The position numbers were made by a program, and so were the translations under genes. 64,000 nucleotides of DNA, taken from positions 3,706 to 67,705 of the IMG/VR virus record IMGVR_UViG_3300042937_000528; one strand, written 5' to 3'. Position 1 is the stretch's first letter; every line of letters starts with the position of its first letter. Shown piece by piece: positions 61,279 to 64,000 of the stretch. Origin of the DNA: a virus (taxonomy: Duplodnaviria; Caudoviricetes). Under the pieces are notes generated by a model. The model was given only the letters and a program-made list of their open reading frames with translations. It was not told the origin of the DNA and made no database searches.

Positions 61279-64000
61279 ATGGCATTTGAATATAAAAACC
61301 CTTTATCATCAGCACAATTAAGTGGTAGTGAAAGTGTTGCAAGAACCTCGACATTTGGTACTAATTTTTCGGTATTAACTATTGGGGGTTATATGGAGGT
61401 TTATTATTTAAGGGATTTAGAACTTATATTAACTGCAACAACATACCCTTCAAATATACAATTGTCGGCAAATACAATCCCAATTAATTTTACAAAAGGG
61501 ACGGGAACATCATTTTCGCCAGATGGTATAAGTTTAAATTCCGATAATATATCTTCAGGTAGAAGAAGATTGGGTATGCAAGTTTATGTCCAAGAAACTG
61601 ATACTGTTTATCAATACGTAATACCTAATTATGAATTTTTATGGGATTCTTTATCGGGACTTACAGGAAATTCTGCAAAAACAGTAACTGACTATTCAAC
61701 AACGGTTAATAGTCGTTCTCAAGCCGGTAAAGATTTTATTAACGCATGGACTGCGTCAACAATTGAAGGGTATAATGATACGAGAGAAAATGCTCGTTGG
61801 AGAGTATTCTATGGTACTGATATTCAGATTACAGGTGGTACGTACAATTCAGGTACTACTACATTAGATTTATATAACAACACTGGTGGGACAGTTACAA
61901 TCACAGGATTTACAGGTACGGTAACAGGTGGAACATACGATAGTGGAACAGGTACACTTACCTTAAATAATAGTGATGGTTCTTCAGTAAATGTTTCAGG
62001 ATTCACATCAGGTGGTGGAGGTAGTCCACTTAGTGTTAGTGATGGTACGACAACAGTAGCCAATGTCACAGGTATGACATTTAGCGGTGCAACCGTTGTT
62101 AATGATGGTAGTGGAAACATTACGGTAACTATTACTGGTAGTACTGGAACATCTGGAACATCAGGTATTAGCGGTGTTGATGGTTCAAGTGGTTCATCGG
62201 GAACTAGTGGTACTTCAGGTATTAGTGGTGTAGACGGGTCTTCAGGTTCAAGTGGAACATCGGGTTCAAGCGGTACAGATGGTACATCAGGTAGTTCGGG
62301 AACATCGGGTTCAAGCGGTACAGATGGTACATCAGGTAGTTCGGGAACATCGGGTTCAAGCGGTACAGACGGTACGTCAGGTAGTTCAGGAACATCGGGT
62401 TCAAGTGGTACAAGCGGTTCATCAGGGGAGAGCGGAACAAGTGGTTCTTCAGGAACTTCAGGTTCAAGTGGAGAAAGTGGAACAAGCGGTTCATCAGGAA
62501 CATCAGGTTCAAGTGGAGAAAGCGGAACAAGTGGTTCATCAGGAACATCAGGTTCAAGTGGAGAAAGTGGAACAAGCGGTTCATCAGGAACATCAGGTTC
62601 AAGTGGAGAAAGCGGAACAAGTGGTTCATCAGGAACTTCAGGTTCTTCAGGAGAAAGCGGAACAAGTGGTTCATCAGGAACTTCAGGTAGTTCAGGTATA
62701 AGTGGTGTTGATGGTTCTTCAGGTTCATCAGGAACTAGTGGAACGTCAGGTTCAAGTGGAGAAAGCGGAACAAGTGGTTCATCAGGAACATCAGGTTCAA
62801 GTGGAGAAAGTGGAACAAGTGGTTCTTCAGGAACATCAGGTTCTTCAGGAGAAAGTGGAACAAATGGTTCATCAGGAACTTCAGGTTCTTCAGGAGAAAG
62901 TGGAACAAGTGGTTCTTCAGGAACATCAGGTTCTTCAGGAGAAAGTGGAACAAGTGGTTCTTCAGGAGAAAGCGGAACAAGTGGTTCATCAGGAACTTCA
63001 GGTTCAAGTGGAACATCAGGTTCTTCAGGAGAAAGTGGAACAAGTGGTTCATCAGGAGAAAGCGGAACAAGTGGTTCATCAGGAACTTCAGGTTCAAGTG
63101 GAGAAAGCGGAACAAGTGGTTCATCAGGAACTTCAGGTTCTTCAGGAGAAAGTGGAACAAGTGGTTCATCAGGAACATCAGGTTCTTCAGGAGAAAGCGG
63201 AACAAGTGGTTCAAGTGGAACATCAGGTTCAAGTGGAGAAAGTGGAACAAGTGGTTCATCAGGAACATCAGGTTCTTCAGGAGAAAGTGGAACAAGTGGT
63301 TCATCAGGAACATCAGGTTCTTCAGGAGAAAGCGGAACAAGTGGTTCAAGTGGAACATCAGGTTCAAGTGGAGAAAGTGGAACAAGTGGTTCATCAGGAA
63401 CATCAGGTTCTTCAGGAACATCAGGTTCTTCAGGAGAAAGCGGAACAAGTGGTTCATCAGGAACTTCAGGTTCTTCAGGAACATCAGGTTCTTCAGGAGA
63501 AAGCGGAACAAGTGGTTCATCAGGAACTTCAGGTTCTTCAGGAGAAAGCGGAACAAGTGGTTCATCAGGAACATCAGGTTCTTCAGGAGAAAGTGGAACA
63601 AGTGGTTCATCAGGAACTTCAGGTTCTTCAGGAGAAAGTGGAACAAGTGGTTCTTCAGGAACATCAGGTTCTTCAGGAACATCAGGTTCTTCAGGAGAAA
63701 GTGGAACAAGTGGTTCATCAGGAACTTCAGGTTCTTCAGGAGAAAGTGGAACAAGTGGTTCATCAGGAACATCAGGTTCTTCAGGAGAAAGTGGAACAAG
63801 TGGTTCATCAGGAACTTCAGGTTCTTCAGGAACTTCAGGTTCTTCAGGAACATCAGGTTCTTCAGGAGAAAGCGGAACAAGTGGTTCATCAGGAACTTCA
63901 GGTTCAAGTGGAGAAAGCGGAACAAGTGGTTCATCAGGAACATCAGGTTCAAGTGGAACATCAGGTTCTTCAGGAGAAAGTGGAACAAGTGGTTCATCAG
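61279..64000 (+). CDS. 3'-truncated fibre protein with proline-free collagen-like (Gly-X-Ser)n tract (not in ORF track)
   Basis: ATG 61279 (MAFEYKNPLSS...), frame +1 open to the window end; RRRLGMQVYVQETDTVYQ motif, two TGGTY...TL...GF repeats, then G-X-S triplets from 62137. Confidence 0.85.
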   Translation, partial: MAFEYKNPLSSAQLSGSESVARTSTFGTNFSVLTIGGYMEVYYLRDLELILTATTYPSNIQLSANTIPINFTKGTGTSFSPDGISLNSDNISSGRRRLGMQVYVQETDTVYQYVIPNYEFLWDSLSGLTGNSAKTVTDYSTTVNSRSQAGKDFINAWTASTIEGYNDTRENARWRVFYGTDIQITGGTYNSGTTTLDLYNNTGGTVTITGFTGTVTGGTYDSGTGTLTLNNSDGSSVNVSGFTSGGGGSPLSVSDGTTTVANVTGMTFSGATVVNDGSGNITVTITGSTGTSGTSGISGVDGSSGSSGTSGTSGISGVDGSSGSSGTSGSSGTDGTSGSSGTSGSSGTDGTSGSSGTSGSSGTDGTSGSSGTSGSSGTSGSSGESGTSGSSGTSGSSGESGTSGSSGTSGSSGESGTSGSSGTSGSSGESGTSGSSGTSGSSGESGTSGSSGTSGSSGESGTSGSSGTSGSSGISGVDGSSGSSGTSGTSGSSGESGTSGSSGTSGSSGESGTSGSSGTSGSSGESGTNGSSGTSGSSGESGTSGSSGTSGSSGESGTSGSSGESGTSGSSGTSGSSGTSGSSGESGTSGSSGESGTSGSSGTSGSSGESGTSGSSGTSGSSGESGTSGSSGTSGSSGESGTSGSSGTSGSSGESGTSGSSGTSGSSGESGTSGSSGTSGSSGESGTSGSSGTSGSSGESGTSGSSGTSGSSGTSGSSGESGTSGSSGTSGSSGTSGSSGESGTSGSSGTSGSSGESGTSGSSGTSGSSGESGTSGSSGTSGSSGESGTSGSSGTSGSSGTSGSSGESGTSGSSGTSGSSGESGTSGSSGTSGSSGESGTSGSSGTSGSSGTSGSSGTSGSSGESGTSGSSGTSGSSGESGTSGSSGTSGSSGTSGSSGESGTSGSS
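62137..64000 (+). repeat. Gly-X-Ser tandem repeat built from 9-nt modules
   Basis: GGTTCATCA, GGAACATCA, GGTTCAAGT, GGAGAAAGT/C, GGAACAAGT, GGTTCTTCA; dominant 45-nt unit GES-GTS-GSS-GTS-GSS. Confidence 0.95.

Noticed and set aside
62222-63997. Track ORFs 62222..62728(-), 62252..62701(+), 62735..63997(-)
   Set aside because: Alternate-frame and antisense shadows of the Gly-X-Ser repeat; the real frame is +1 from ATG 61279.
62137-64000. CRISPR array or satellite DNA
   Set aside because: No unique spacers; the 9-nt period keeps an open coding frame.

Overview
This is a 64-kb, AT-rich, gene-dense fragment of a large T4-like (contractile-tailed) jumbo-type bacteriophage read in the standard genetic code. 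From left to right it holds a glycosyltransferase cluster, a family B DNA polymerase, a reverse-strand block (neck protein, SOD fused to a nuclease-like domain, SNF2 helicase), neck/sheath/tube/tape-measure/baseplate-hub genes, a replication block (gp32, UvsX/RecA, RNase H-like exonuclease, DnaB, class II RNR), baseplate wedge genes, and fibre-like genes. The last gene (61279..>64000) is missing from the ORF track and encodes a proline-free (Gly-X-Ser)n collagen-like tract of about 200 triplets. The best candidate for an undescribed system is phage-encoded O-glycosylation of the virion. The evidence is a GT60-like initiating transferase with further GTs, mucin-like Thr-Pro tracts, and a recurring [ST]-G-x-[ST] motif in tail proteins, of which the collagen-like tract is a head-to-tail polymer. 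Other highlights are a sense-strand TATTTAT late-promoter-like motif, a probable +1 frameshift (UUU_CGG) in the tail chaperone, an OmpA-like domain inside a baseplate protein, and a C-terminal domain shared by the wedge and fibre proteins. All calls come from reading motifs by eye; no searches were run.
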